DNA from: a virus
Strand: one strand, 5' to 3'
Length of the DNA: 64,000 bases
IMG/VR virus record: IMGVR_UViG_3300009127_000250
Location: 27,195 to 91,194 of that record
The notes under the pieces were generated by a model. It was not told the origin of the DNA and made no database searches. It worked only from the letters and a program-made list of their open reading frames with translations. The translations under genes and the position numbers were made by a program. Below are positions 27,752 through 37,428 of the stretch, piece by piece (position 1 is the stretch's first letter; each line of letters begins with the position of its first letter).

Positions 27752-30304
27752 CTATTTCCAATACTGTTTTTTCTTACTTTTCACGAATTTAGGTTTCCCG
27801 ACCCACCTGAGAAATTGGGAAGTCGCATCCACCATATCGTCATGCTTGGAGAACGGGAATTGGCAAAGCTGTGTTTCGTAATCAACAAGCCACGCTGATT
27901 GTTCCGGTAAATACACACGGCCGGCCTCGATGATTGCGGTTACTTCACTAAGCCGAACTTGTTTATTGGCATCGGCCTTGATCGCAATAACAGGAATATT
28001 GGTGTATCGTTTTAATTCCTGAATTAAACTCTGACCGCTGGCCCTATCTTCAACCAGGACAGGACACTGCCCTGTGGTAAAATTAAAATGTTTTTTGTTG
28101 CGTTCATGGACTCTGATGGCTTCTTTGACAAGCTCCGGAAATTCAAGTCGCTTATTAACAACCCAAAGCAGATAATAAAGATTGTCATTAGTAACGCCCC
28201 ATATAGTACAGGCTGAAGGGTCTGCAAGCTGAGATTCTTTAAACGCCGTATCCCATGACGCAACGATTTTAACGAACTTCCGTGATCCGAATTGTTTTTC
28301 GCCAAGCATTCGGTTTGCTGTTTTTTCAGCAAGAAGTTTAACCCGTTCCTTTTCTGTCATGGTTTGCCTTGAATTAACTTCAAGGTCTCTGTGTTCTCTA
28401 AAGCTGTATCTTTTAAACCAATCAAGCTTGACCATCCCACCTTCTTCGGGAAGCGGTCTTTGCTGATATTGGGAATTCCATTCTCTTGTACCAACTGCTT
28501 TTTTAATATTTCGCAACACCGGAACATCGTAAGCATCCGGCCATAATGCCTGATCTCTTTCCCTGCCGATTTCATCCGGGCCTTCTGCGATCGCTGGCAA
28601 ATCGATAGTTACCCAACCTTCGTGCTTTTGTTCTTCAAGCAGATAGCCGGCTAGATCGTAGTAACTCCATCGGGTCATAATAAGAATAATACCGCTTTTC
28701 CCCGGCATTAATCTCGTATATGCAACCGATTGATACCATTCCCTAAGCTTACGCTGTACAACTTCGCTTTCAGCATCAGCCCTGCTTTTAATAGGATCGT
28801 CTATTAAAAACAGATGCGCTCCACGTCCGACAGTTGCTCCGCCGACACCAACGCTAAAATAATTACCGCCTTGCAGAGTTCCGAGTTTGTTGGCGCTTTT
28901 GGAATCGCTTGATATTTCACAGTCAGGAAAAATTTCAGAATAAGTCTGGTCAATAGCTTGGTTCCTGACTTTCCGGCCAACATCACCGGCACGCTCAAAA
29001 GAATAAGTAGCAGCAATTATTTGTTTCTGAGGATTTCTTCCCAAAAACCATGCAGGAAAAAATTCACTCGTCAGCATTGTGTTGTGTGTTGGAACTAATT
29101 TGCGACCAACAAGATATAGGCCATCTTCGCTCTCTACGCTAATTGAGTGTCCAGGTTCAGGTATGCATGGTGTAATAGATTTAATCGATGTTCTTCTGCG
29201 CAGTGCATACCTGATAATTTTTTTACGTTTAAGACAGACCGGGATATTCAATGTTGGCTGAAATCCAATATAGCTTATCTTTTTTTTTCCAATGATTCCA
29301 GAACTTGAGGTTGTTGGCGCAATTTTAGAATTGCAAACATGCCAACCAAACGATTGCACAAGCTCGATGATATTGCGTGCTAAAACTGAATCTCCAGTAA
29401 CAATGCGCACACGTGAATCCTTATCAACACTTCCATCAGTATCAATTAAGCCTGCAAGTAGCTGAAGTCTTTGTTTAACAGATGCTCTTTGGTAAATATC
29501 TGGAATATGTTTATTGTTTAGAAGTTTATTCTTCTTTAATGCAAGTTTAAGTTCTCTGGAATAATTTTGGTACAACACGCCAGTAGTTTTATGAATCGTA
29601 CAAGTGGTTTTAAGGTATCCACACTTTTCTATATGATCCAAAACGGCAGAATCTTTAGGAGCTGCACATATTCGTGCTCTATCCGAATTACCATCACCAA
29701 GCCATGCGCCCAAGACATACGGATGTATGGGAAGTTTTGCATCAGGGAATTCAATAGGATCAATTAGCGAAAGTTGATATATAAAACGCCCAGCACTTTC
29801 TAATTTGCGCTGTTCACCGAACTTTGTAGTCGAAATAAAATATTTTGTTTCATAAGTAGCAAATGCGTTTTTCGTCCTATCCCATACAGTCCATTCATGA
29901 TTTTTATGACATTTAATTTTGGTTCCATTAGTAAATTCAATCTCAAGCGTAGCAAGGGTTTTCGGAGCAATCCAATTTATGCGCACAGGGCGGCCATTAA
30001 TTCCAAAAACAAAATCTCCAATTTTTAAGTCACCATGCTTTTTCCACCCAAGTGTTGTTAAAATATCAGTATTATCAGCAAGTTGTTTGCCGTGGCGGGG
30101 CGGCATAAAGATCATTAATCTTGTTATGTCCCCCCGCTCAACGGCCATTAAATGCTGTGCTACATACTCAATATGCGGAGCAACTTGATAGTCGTTATAC
30201 ATCAATGCGGCATAAGCAAGCAGATTGGAAAACGCCAAATCTTCAACAGGTAGCGATCGCAACCTGTTAAGCTGCTGCTGTGTGGGTTGTGTCGCTATTT
30301 CCAT
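27752..30304 (-). CDS. terL: terminase large subunit with LAGLIDADG intein
   Basis: PPRHGK|intein|T Walker A; LIDDP Walker B; SWDTA...HDDMVDA nuclease. Confidence 0.95.
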   Translation of the reverse strand: MEIATQPTQQQLNRLRSLPVEDLAFSNLLAYAALMYNDYQVAPHIEYVAQHLMAVERGDITRLMIFMPPRHGKQLADNTDILTTLGWKKHGDLKIGDFVFGINGRPVRINWIAPKTLATLEIEFTNGTKIKCHKNHEWTVWDRTKNAFATYETKYFISTTKFGEQRKLESAGRFIYQLSLIDPIEFPDAKLPIHPYVLGAWLGDGNSDRARICAAPKDSAVLDHIEKCGYLKTTCTIHKTTGVLYQNYSRELKLALKKNKLLNNKHIPDIYQRASVKQRLQLLAGLIDTDGSVDKDSRVRIVTGDSVLARNIIELVQSFGWHVCNSKIAPTTSSSGIIGKKKISYIGFQPTLNIPVCLKRKKIIRYALRRRTSIKSITPCIPEPGHSISVESEDGLYLVGRKLVPTHNTMLTSEFFPAWFLGRNPQKQIIAATYSFERAGDVGRKVRNQAIDQTYSEIFPDCEISSDSKSANKLGTLQGGNYFSVGVGGATVGRGAHLFLIDDPIKSRADAESEVVQRKLREWYQSVAYTRLMPGKSGIILIMTRWSYYDLAGYLLEEQKHEGWVTIDLPAIAEGPDEIGRERDQALWPDAYDVPVLRNIKKAVGTREWNSQYQQRPLPEEGGMVKLDWFKRYSFREHRDLEVNSRQTMTEKERVKLLAEKTANRMLGEKQFGSRKFVKIVASWDTAFKESQLADPSACTIWGVTNDNLYYLLWVVNKRLEFPELVKEAIRVHERNKKHFNFTTGQCPVLVEDRASGQSLIQELKRYTNIPVIAIKADANKQVRLSEVTAIIEAGRVYLPEQSAWLVDYETQLCQFPFSKHDDMVDATSQFLRWVGKPKFVKSKKKQYWK
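29081..30085 (-). mobile_element. intein (335 aa) with homing endonuclease, class 3-like
   Basis: starts QLADNT; block B CHKNHEW; LGAWLGDG and LAGLIDTDG; ends VPTHN followed by T. Confidence 0.92.
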
Positions 30305-30830
30305 TAGAAGATTTTATTTCCTCAAATTCCACATCGATTGCATCTCCGGTAAAACCAATTTTAGGATTGTACTCAATGCCTTCCGGAAGCCGGTTACCAA
30401 GAGCAGCTAAAACAACTTGGTCGCGTTTTTCCTTGGTGATAATGGTCAGCTCACGCTTAACGCTCATTTTTTGCTCTGCATCCAGGCCGAGCAGTTTTGA
30501 TCGGCGTTCTTTGATCTTCCGGCGTTCTTCCATCCAGCGTGATCCCTGATGTGGATTTTTTGCTAATTTTTCCAATCTTTCGATGCAAATTCGTTCCATG
30601 TCATCCAAATCGGCAAGCTCCCGTAATCTTACTATATGTAAATTATCGAGAGCTTCGGCTTTCCATTCTTTTTGGATCGCTTTTATGTCTTTGGTAATTG
30701 TGGAACGATCAACGCCGAGCATTTGGGCTATTTCATAATGTTTATATCTCTTTTTAAATAGCTCACTTACCTTCACACGGCGCTCTATAATTTCGTGCAT
30801 TTTGGAAGGATGAACAGGTCTTCGGAACAT
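30267..30830 (-). CDS. terminase small subunit (HTH)
   Basis: EIAQMLGVDRSTITKD HTH; ERRSKLLGLDA; directly upstream of terL. Confidence 0.8.
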   Translation of the reverse strand: MFRRPVHPSKMHEIIERRVKVSELFKKRYKHYEIAQMLGVDRSTITKDIKAIQKEWKAEALDNLHIVRLRELADLDDMERICIERLEKLAKNPHQGSRWMEERRKIKERRSKLLGLDAEQKMSVKRELTIITKEKRDQVVLAALGNRLPEGIEYNPKIGFTGDAIDVEFEEIKSSNGNSDTTHTAAA

Positions 30831-30879
30831 AGAAACCTACACTTTTGTAAGAAAATTATTGGAAAGTTACATTTTTGTC

Positions 30880-30915
30880 TTGACATTTAATCTCACTATC
30901 AGTAAGAATTGTCAA
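30880..30915. promoter_or_regulatory. divergent sigma70-like promoters flanking a palindromic operator
   Basis: TTGACA 30880 (+) and TGTCAA 30910 (TTGACA on -) around CTCACTATCAGTAAG 30892-30906. Confidence 0.6.
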
Positions 30916-30988
30916 GAAATTTATAAAGGGGTTCTGTATTTTGGGGTCTGGCCACCTTAAAAATACGAATTCAATGAAACAAAAAATC

Positions 30989-31032
30989 CAAGGGCAGTAC
31001 GGTGTCCGTACACATCGTGCTGCCCTTTTTTT
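30989..31032 (+). terminator. terminator/attenuator in the head-operon leader
   Basis: AAGGGCAGTACGGTGT/ACATCGTGCTGCCCTT stem + T run. Confidence 0.7.
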
Positions 31033-31131
31033 GTTTCTCCCCAAGCTAAAGCCGAGCGTGAAGCTCACCCAAGTTTTTGGCATGAAGCCAACCCAAAGGT
31101 AATACGGCGAGAAGCCGAAAGGAGTGTAAGC

Positions 31132-31968
31132 ATGTGGAAATTAAAACTCGATGAAAATGGCAATGTCGTAGTTCAGGATGGAAAACCTGTCTACATCAAA
31201 GAGATCGAAGGTGGTGAAGCCGAAGAAATGGTTTTTGATGCACCGGATGCACTGTCGAAGATCGCTGCTCTTAACAACGAAGCCAAAGAACACCGGCTGG
31301 CAAAGGAAGAAGCTCTGGAAAAGCTGAAAGCTTTTAAAAGTATTACCGATCCTGCCAAGGCTCTGGAAGCTCTCAAGACGATTCAAAATCTTGAGGATGA
31401 AGAATTAGTCAAGGCTGAAAAGGTCGAAGAATTGAAAAAGCAACTCGGTGAAATTTACGAAACCGAGAAAACTCAGCTTGTTACGGAACATGAAAAGATT
31501 GTTGGTGAAAGAGATACAACGATTGCCGATCAGGAAAACACCATTCGGCATCTTTCGCTTACGTCTGAATTCGCCAAGAGTCCCTGGTTTAACGGCGAGA
31601 AGCCTAAAACCATTCTGCCACCGGACATGGGCGCTGACTTTTTCGGAAAATACTTCAAGGTTGAAGGCTCCGGAAGGGATGTAAAAATCGTCGGTTATCT
31701 TAACGGTGCAAAAATCCTTTCCAAAGATCCGCAGAAACTTGGCGAACCGGCTGGTTTTGAAACTGCCATTTCAGCGATTGTTGAAGCTTACCCCGACAAA
31801 AACAGAATTCTCCGTTCGACCCCGGGAGGTCCAGGGGCGCACGGCAACGACAACATCGGAGAAGGCTCAATTATCACCCTTTCTAAAGCAGAAGCCAAAG
31901 ACCCAGGCACTTATAAGGCTGCCAGGGACAGGGCGGAAAAAACGGGTGCTTCTCTGAACATCGTTTAG
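31132..31968 (+). CDS. capsid scaffolding protein
   Basis: coiled coil, EAKEHRL, upstream of the capsid gene. Confidence 0.8.
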   Translation: MWKLKLDENGNVVVQDGKPVYIKEIEGGEAEEMVFDAPDALSKIAALNNEAKEHRLAKEEALEKLKAFKSITDPAKALEALKTIQNLEDEELVKAEKVEELKKQLGEIYETEKTQLVTEHEKIVGERDTTIADQENTIRHLSLTSEFAKSPWFNGEKPKTILPPDMGADFFGKYFKVEGSGRDVKIVGYLNGAKILSKDPQKLGEPAGFETAISAIVEAYPDKNRILRSTPGGPGAHGNDNIGEGSIITLSKAEAKDPGTYKAARDRAEKTGASLNIV

Positions 31969-31981
31969 CGAGGTAAAATAA

Positions 31982-33172
31982 ATGTCCAATTACATTGATC
32001 CTTATAATCCAATTTTTTATGCCCAAGAAGCACTGATCGTCCTTGAAGACTGCCTGGGCATGGCAGGACGTATCCATCGTGGCTACGATGAAGAACGCAA
32101 AAGCGCAAACAAGGGCGACACCATCCAGATCTCCAAGCCTGGTACTTTCACAACCCAGTCTGGCGGTGATGGAACCGTAAACGACGTCAATCCAACAAAG
32201 ATCGACATTACCGTCGGCACATGGGAAGAAGTTAAATTCGGCCTTACCGACAAAGAGTTGGCCCACACCACGGAAAAGATCATCACCGATCATATTTCCC
32301 CTGCCGTGTACGCTATCGCCCACAGCATCGAATCCGATGTTACCGATCTTTACGTGGACTGTCCATGGTCTTACAACCTGGCAAGTTCTCTCACAACCGC
32401 CGATATCGTCAATGCCCGTAAGGTTCTTCGGGATACAGCCGGTACGCTGATTGATCAGGACATGGTTCATTTCGGTCTGGATTCCACCCTTGAGGCGGCC
32501 CTGTTGAACATGACCCTGTTCCACGCTGCTAACGTAGCCGGCGAGCAAGACTCCAAGGCTACCCGCCGGAGGGGTTCTCTCGGTACTCGGTTCGGTGTTG
32601 AACATTTCGTTCAACAAACCCTGACCGATCATACTTCCGGTACGGTTGTTTCGGCCGAAACCGACGTGGCTGGTTCCCTGGGCGCTAACATGGCAATTCG
32701 CGCCACCACAATGAATCTGGCCGATCTGTCTCTGGTAGAAACTTTGAAAGCCGGTGACAGTTTCGTGATTGCCGGCAACACACAGCGGTACGTTGTTACT
32801 GCCGACGCCACCCTGTCGAGTGGTGCCAACGCTGCCGTTTCGATCTATCCGCAAGCAGTTCAGGCCTACAGCTCTGGCGCGGTTGTGACGTTTGAAACCA
32901 TCGGTTCGGCTAACTACGCCGATCGCTACTTCGCCAACCTGATGTTCCATCGGAACGCTTTCGCTCTGGCTATGGCTCCATTGCCGGAAATCGGCGACGG
33001 TGCAGGCGCGAAAATGGCCGTTGTTCAAGATCCTCGAACGGGTCTGTCTATCCGATCACGGCTGGCCTACGACGACACAAACGCCAAAGTGGTCGTAACC
33101 CTTGATGCCCTATGGGGCGTTAAGACCCTCGATCCCAACCTGTGTGTAGTCGCCAGACGTAACTACGCATAA
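31982..33172 (+). CDS. major capsid protein (P22 coat-like)
   Basis: KGDTIQISKP...DALWGVKTLDP; terminator follows. Confidence 0.9.
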   Translation: MSNYIDPYNPIFYAQEALIVLEDCLGMAGRIHRGYDEERKSANKGDTIQISKPGTFTTQSGGDGTVNDVNPTKIDITVGTWEEVKFGLTDKELAHTTEKIITDHISPAVYAIAHSIESDVTDLYVDCPWSYNLASSLTTADIVNARKVLRDTAGTLIDQDMVHFGLDSTLEAALLNMTLFHAANVAGEQDSKATRRRGSLGTRFGVEHFVQQTLTDHTSGTVVSAETDVAGSLGANMAIRATTMNLADLSLVETLKAGDSFVIAGNTQRYVVTADATLSSGANAAVSIYPQAVQAYSSGAVVTFETIGSANYADRYFANLMFHRNAFALAMAPLPEIGDGAGAKMAVVQDPRTGLSIRSRLAYDDTNAKVVVTLDALWGVKTLDPNLCVVARRNYA

Positions 33173-33191
33173 ACCGTTTATCCATTAAAAT

Positions 33192-33228
33192 AAAAGGGGC
33201 GGTGGCTCTACAGCCCCCGCCCCTTTTT
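33192..33228 (+). terminator. terminator after the capsid gene
   Basis: AAAAGGGGCGG/CCGCCCCTTTT. Confidence 0.75.
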
Positions 33229-33257
33229 CCATTTTAACCATAAAGGAAGGATATAAA

Positions 33258-33554
33258 ATGAGCGAAATGAGATCTCTGGAAACGATTACAATCGTTAATC
33301 CGAAGAAAAAAAAGAATAAGGATGCGCCCGAGGTTGTTATTATCAATTTAGAGGACTTTGACCCTAAGAAACACACCAAGGCCAAAGCTCCGGAACCGGT
33401 GAGCGCACAAGCTCAGGCTGAGGAAGTTCTGAAAAAGGCCGAGGAAATGATGAAAGACGCCACGGCTATGATGGAACAGGTTCAGGCCGCTGCCGGAAAA
33501 CCTGGATCCAAAAAGGACGATAAAGATAATAAGGACGACCCCAAAACAAAGTAA
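33258..33554 (+). CDS. small head-associated protein
   Basis: VIINLEDFDPKKH motif, directly after the capsid gene. Confidence 0.65.
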   Translation: MSEMRSLETITIVNPKKKKNKDAPEVVIINLEDFDPKKHTKAKAPEPVSAQAQAEEVLKKAEEMMKDATAMMEQVQAAAGKPGSKKDDKDNKDDPKTK

Positions 33555-33564
33555 GAGGTAAAGC

Positions 33565-34431
33565 ATGGAAATTCTAACCTTGCTCGATGGGGTTAAAGCA
33601 ACCGGCGCAAGCGAAGCCCTTAACATCGTAAACATATTACGCGCCCCTGAAACGTACATAAGCCAGATTCCTGCCCATATTTTCGGTACAACGGTTCCAG
33701 CTGTATCAGCAACGGCTCCCGGACTTGATGATTGCACATCCGGCGGGACGTTCACCGGCGTTGTGGCAACCGATTACCAGGTTAAAATCGATGCGATTGC
33801 AGATATTGCTGCTGCGGTGCACGCTGGAAGCGGACCGGATGATATAACATCCGGCGGAACATATACCGGTCCCGAGGATTTGGTTTATGTTGTTGAAATT
33901 GACGCTGAAGGCACACCGGATACATTTCAATGGTCAAAGGACGGCGGGCTAACATGGGAAGCCACCGGAGTTGCAATCACCGGTTCGGCCCAAGCTCTTG
34001 ACAATGGTGTTACGGTTACATCTGTAGGCACCGATAATCATACTGCTGGTGATACCTGGACGTTTACATGCACCGTGGATACGTTTAAATGGTCGAGTGA
34101 TGGCGGGTCAACATTTCCGATAACAGGCGTTTCAATCACGGCCGCTGCTCAAACCCTTGAATTGGGCGTTATCGTAACATTCGGTTCCGCCACTGGACAT
34201 GCGCTCGATGATCTTTGGGACATTGCCTGCACTCTGGCCTTTGTCGGAACGGTTTTGATCGAAGCCACACTTGCCACCGATGCCGAAGTTGCCGCCGGAA
34301 CTGCCAGGTGGGATACGTTACTCAGTAAAACAGCCGCCGCTCTGGATGAAGTAGCAATTGCATACACCCATATTCGGGCTAACGTAACAGCTTATACGTC
34401 TGGAGCTATTTGGGCGAAGGTGCTTATATAA
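33565..34431 (+). CDS. virion structural/decoration protein with nested repeat domains
   Basis: Thr/Gly-rich; two copies of DD.TSGGT.TG...DTF.WS.DGG. Confidence 0.7.
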   Translation: MEILTLLDGVKATGASEALNIVNILRAPETYISQIPAHIFGTTVPAVSATAPGLDDCTSGGTFTGVVATDYQVKIDAIADIAAAVHAGSGPDDITSGGTYTGPEDLVYVVEIDAEGTPDTFQWSKDGGLTWEATGVAITGSAQALDNGVTVTSVGTDNHTAGDTWTFTCTVDTFKWSSDGGSTFPITGVSITAAAQTLELGVIVTFGSATGHALDDLWDIACTLAFVGTVLIEATLATDAEVAAGTARWDTLLSKTAAALDEVAIAYTHIRANVTAYTSGAIWAKVLI

Positions 34432-34998
34432 ATGGCTTTAACATTAATCGCTACTGCGGGCGCTGTTGACGCTAACACGTACAGCACGCTCGCAGAGGCA
34501 AACACATATTTTGAAAGTCGTCTGAACGCCACTGTTTGGGCTGGTGAAACCGATCCCAATAAGAACATAGCTTTGGCTATGGCCACACGGTTGTTTGACC
34601 AGGGTATCGATTGGAACGGCTTAAAGGCCGCTTCAACTCAAGCCCTTGGATATCCCCGAATTGGTGTTACCGATCCCGAAGGATATCTGGTTGATGAAAG
34701 CTCAATTCCGGATTTTTTAAAAGAAGCAACGGCTGAATTCGCCATGTGGCTGCTTTCTTCTGACCGCACTGTTGAAGATGGCATGAAAGGCATGAGGCGC
34801 ATGAAGCTCGGCAATCTTGATTTAACAGCCGATAAATATGATCGCAAATCTGTCATGCCGGATTTTGTTTATCAGATGGTCAGAGAATATGGCGTCAAGA
34901 AAAGAGGTCCGGCCCGCAGGCTTCAACGAACAAGGGGAGCAAATTACGCTTCGGACGACATTTTAACAATGAATATTGCTGACGGTAGGATCTTTTAA
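34432..34998 (+). CDS. head-tail adaptor (DnaT-like)
   Basis: ANTYSTLAEA...QAL.YPR...IP..LKEATAE.A. Confidence 0.8.
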   Translation: MALTLIATAGAVDANTYSTLAEANTYFESRLNATVWAGETDPNKNIALAMATRLFDQGIDWNGLKAASTQALGYPRIGVTDPEGYLVDESSIPDFLKEATAEFAMWLLSSDRTVEDGMKGMRRMKLGNLDLTADKYDRKSVMPDFVYQMVREYGVKKRGPARRLQRTRGANYASDDILTMNIADGRIF

Positions 34999-35363
34999 TG
35001 GGATTGCAAGATGCGTTTAAAAATGCAGCAGTTGCCGCTTTTAAAGCAGCAAGCGATTTGCTTGAAACGGTAACATTTAAATATATCGAAGACGATTCTG
35101 GTTACGATACTGAATCAGGAACGCCTTCTGACAGCATTAACGAATATACGGTAGAAATGCTTTTTCTGGATTGGAGTGTCAATGAAGTTGATGGTGTCAC
35201 AGTGCTTCCCACGGATATGAAAGCCCAAATCCCTGTGGAAAATATGTCTGTCACTCCAAATCTTAAATGCAAGATCGAGCATAACAGCGTTGATCTTGAC
35301 ATTAAGAATATTAAAACCGATCCGGCTAAAGCAATCTGGACGTTTCAATTGAGACAGTCGTGA
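34998..35363 (+). CDS. head closure protein
   Basis: position and size; YD..SG. Confidence 0.65.
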   Translation: MGLQDAFKNAAVAAFKAASDLLETVTFKYIEDDSGYDTESGTPSDSINEYTVEMLFLDWSVNEVDGVTVLPTDMKAQIPVENMSVTPNLKCKIEHNSVDLDIKNIKTDPAKAIWTFQLRQS

Positions 35364-35800
35364 AAAATGATACAAGCCAAATAAAAAAAGCATTCGGCCA
35401 AGCCAAACAGGGTATCAAAGAAGCGTCCAGAGAATTCCGTATCGATGTTGCCACCAAAGCATTTAAACGCATCGTAGCACGCTCTCCTATCCATACCGGC
35501 TCATATGTTTTAAGCCATCGAATCGGCGTTAAAGCCAAAGACAGCTCCGTGGCAATGCGCTTGTTTCCGGCCGTCAATAAAGAAGGCGTTAAGAAAGAAG
35601 CCCTTGGTGAACTGATTAAATTAAAACAAGTCGGACCTTTTGACACTATCATCATATCGAACTGTATTCCTCATAATATCAATGTTGAATACGTTGGATG
35701 GAAGCATACCCCGGCTTATCAAGTTTACGGCTTAACGTTCATTGAACTTTTTATGGGAACGCAGATTAGAGGGTTTGTTCCAACTTTAAAATTTGGATAG
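35360..35800 (+). CDS. neck protein (HK97 gp10-like)
   Basis: SPIHTGSY...ISN..P....EY. Confidence 0.65.
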   Translation: MKNDTSQIKKAFGQAKQGIKEASREFRIDVATKAFKRIVARSPIHTGSYVLSHRIGVKAKDSSVAMRLFPAVNKEGVKKEALGELIKLKQVGPFDTIIISNCIPHNINVEYVGWKHTPAYQVYGLTFIELFMGTQIRGFVPTLKFG

Positions 35801-35806
35801 GCAATT

Positions 35807-36202
35807 ATGTCTTTCGAAGATGAAGCAAAGGCCATAGAGCAACGATTTGAAACCGAATGGGGAGCCACAACGCCCATTAAATGGGAAAACACAGATTATA
35901 CCCCTGATCCGGATGTGACCTTTACGGAACTTGAAATTCATCACGGCCAGGGCGTTCGGCTCGATATCGGATCGTCACAGCGTTACCGATATCCCGGGAT
36001 CATTTCAATTAACATTCGGGGGCCGCTGACTAAAGGAACACGGGCTTTAAAGACTCTGGCCGACACAGCACAGGCTGTTTTTCAGGGCGTAACTTTCTCA
36101 GGAATTATCTGCTACACATCGAGTATAACGCGCATTGGCGAGGTCGATGGGCGGTTTGTATATAACGTATCAACCCCTTTTACAAGGGACGAATCTTTTT
36201 AG
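35807..36202 (+). CDS. tail terminator
   Basis: IKWEN..Y.P; position before the tail tube gene. Confidence 0.7.
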   Translation: MSFEDEAKAIEQRFETEWGATTPIKWENTDYTPDPDVTFTELEIHHGQGVRLDIGSSQRYRYPGIISINIRGPLTKGTRALKTLADTAQAVFQGVTFSGIICYTSSITRIGEVDGRFVYNVSTPFTRDESF

Positions 36203-36214
36203 TGGAGGCTTATT

Positions 36215-37414
36215 ATGTCTGACTCAAATAGAGGGCAACTCAGCTACTTAAAGGAAAGTACATGGGGAGAAACCCCTTCCTCGGCTCTTACCGATCTACG
36301 TTTTACCGGAGAGGATTTCGGCCACGGAGTTGCAACCCGTGAGTCCAATGAAATTCGATCAGACCGACAGGTTCCCGATGCTGTCAGGGTCGGCGGAGAA
36401 GCAGCCGGCGGATTTGATTTTGAACTATCCTATGAAGCACCGCCCGATGAACTTCTGGAAGGTGCGCTGTTCGGCGCCTTTGTGGGCGTCGGTACAGGAT
36501 CAACCACTACGATCACATCCGGAGCCACCGGCTCAAATCTGGATTTCACCCTTGCTTCCGCAGGCAATACCATTACCTTCGGCTCATCTGTGACACACGG
36601 AATCGTAGCCGGTCAATGGGTCGAACTTTACGGTTCAGCCGGCGATGATGGTTATCATCTGGTAACAGCGGTCGATGGGCAGGAACTCACCGTGGAAAGC
36701 ATCACAGGCGATGAAGTTTTGGACGAAATTGATGCTGCCACAATCAAGGGCTCAATGCTCCGGAACGGTACAACAATGTCCAGCTTTACGTTCCAACGTC
36801 AATTGGCCGACATGACCAAATTTTTCGCATTCCGTGGCCAGGTCTGTAACGCTCTTTCTCTGATCGTTCAAGCCGAAGAATTTGTCAGTGGACGGATGGA
36901 CTTTGTAGGTGGAACAATCGCTGCATCGGATTTTGCCGGATCATCATTCGGTACAGGAGCAAACGTAGCTGCTCCAGCCAATACCGTGATGAACGCCGCT
37001 GTCAATGTCGGTTCAATCCGTGAAGCCGGTTCAGCGGTTTCTTCTGATTTGATTATTCAGGAAATTTCCCTGAATGTCAGTAATAACATCCGTGGCAACA
37101 AGGGCGTTGGCATCCTGGGTAACGCTGATATCGGTGTCGGTAAGTTCAGAGTAAACGGCTCATTTAACGTGCTGTTTAATGACGGTGCGATCTACGCCAA
37201 GTACCTTGCCGGAACGGAATCAAGCATGTCTTTCAATGTCGAAGATGGAGACGGCAACGCCTATATTTTTACATTTCCGCGCATTAAGTTTGATGAAGAT
37301 GATGGCGGAAAGGTCTCTGGATCTGACACGGAAGTTGTCGAGAACGTTGGATGGTCGGCCCTGCGTGACACCACGTATGACTGCATGATGCAGATCGACA
37401 AAATCGCTGCTTAA
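36215..37414 (+). CDS. tail tube protein
   Basis: ESTWGETP...ESNEIRSDRQ...FELSY; DGNAYIFTFPRIKF. Confidence 0.85.
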   Translation: MSDSNRGQLSYLKESTWGETPSSALTDLRFTGEDFGHGVATRESNEIRSDRQVPDAVRVGGEAAGGFDFELSYEAPPDELLEGALFGAFVGVGTGSTTTITSGATGSNLDFTLASAGNTITFGSSVTHGIVAGQWVELYGSAGDDGYHLVTAVDGQELTVESITGDEVLDEIDAATIKGSMLRNGTTMSSFTFQRQLADMTKFFAFRGQVCNALSLIVQAEEFVSGRMDFVGGTIAASDFAGSSFGTGANVAAPANTVMNAAVNVGSIREAGSAVSSDLIIQEISLNVSNNIRGNKGVGILGNADIGVGKFRVNGSFNVLFNDGAIYAKYLAGTESSMSFNVEDGDGNAYIFTFPRIKFDEDDGGKVSGSDTEVVENVGWSALRDTTYDCMMQIDKIAA

Positions 37415-37428
37415 AGAAAGGAATCAGC

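Noticed and set aside
31883-33028. 381-aa ORF antisense to the capsid gene, and similar long antisense ORFs in ssb and the 4832 gene
   Set aside because: Shadow ORFs from codon bias; no RBS or recognisable motifs
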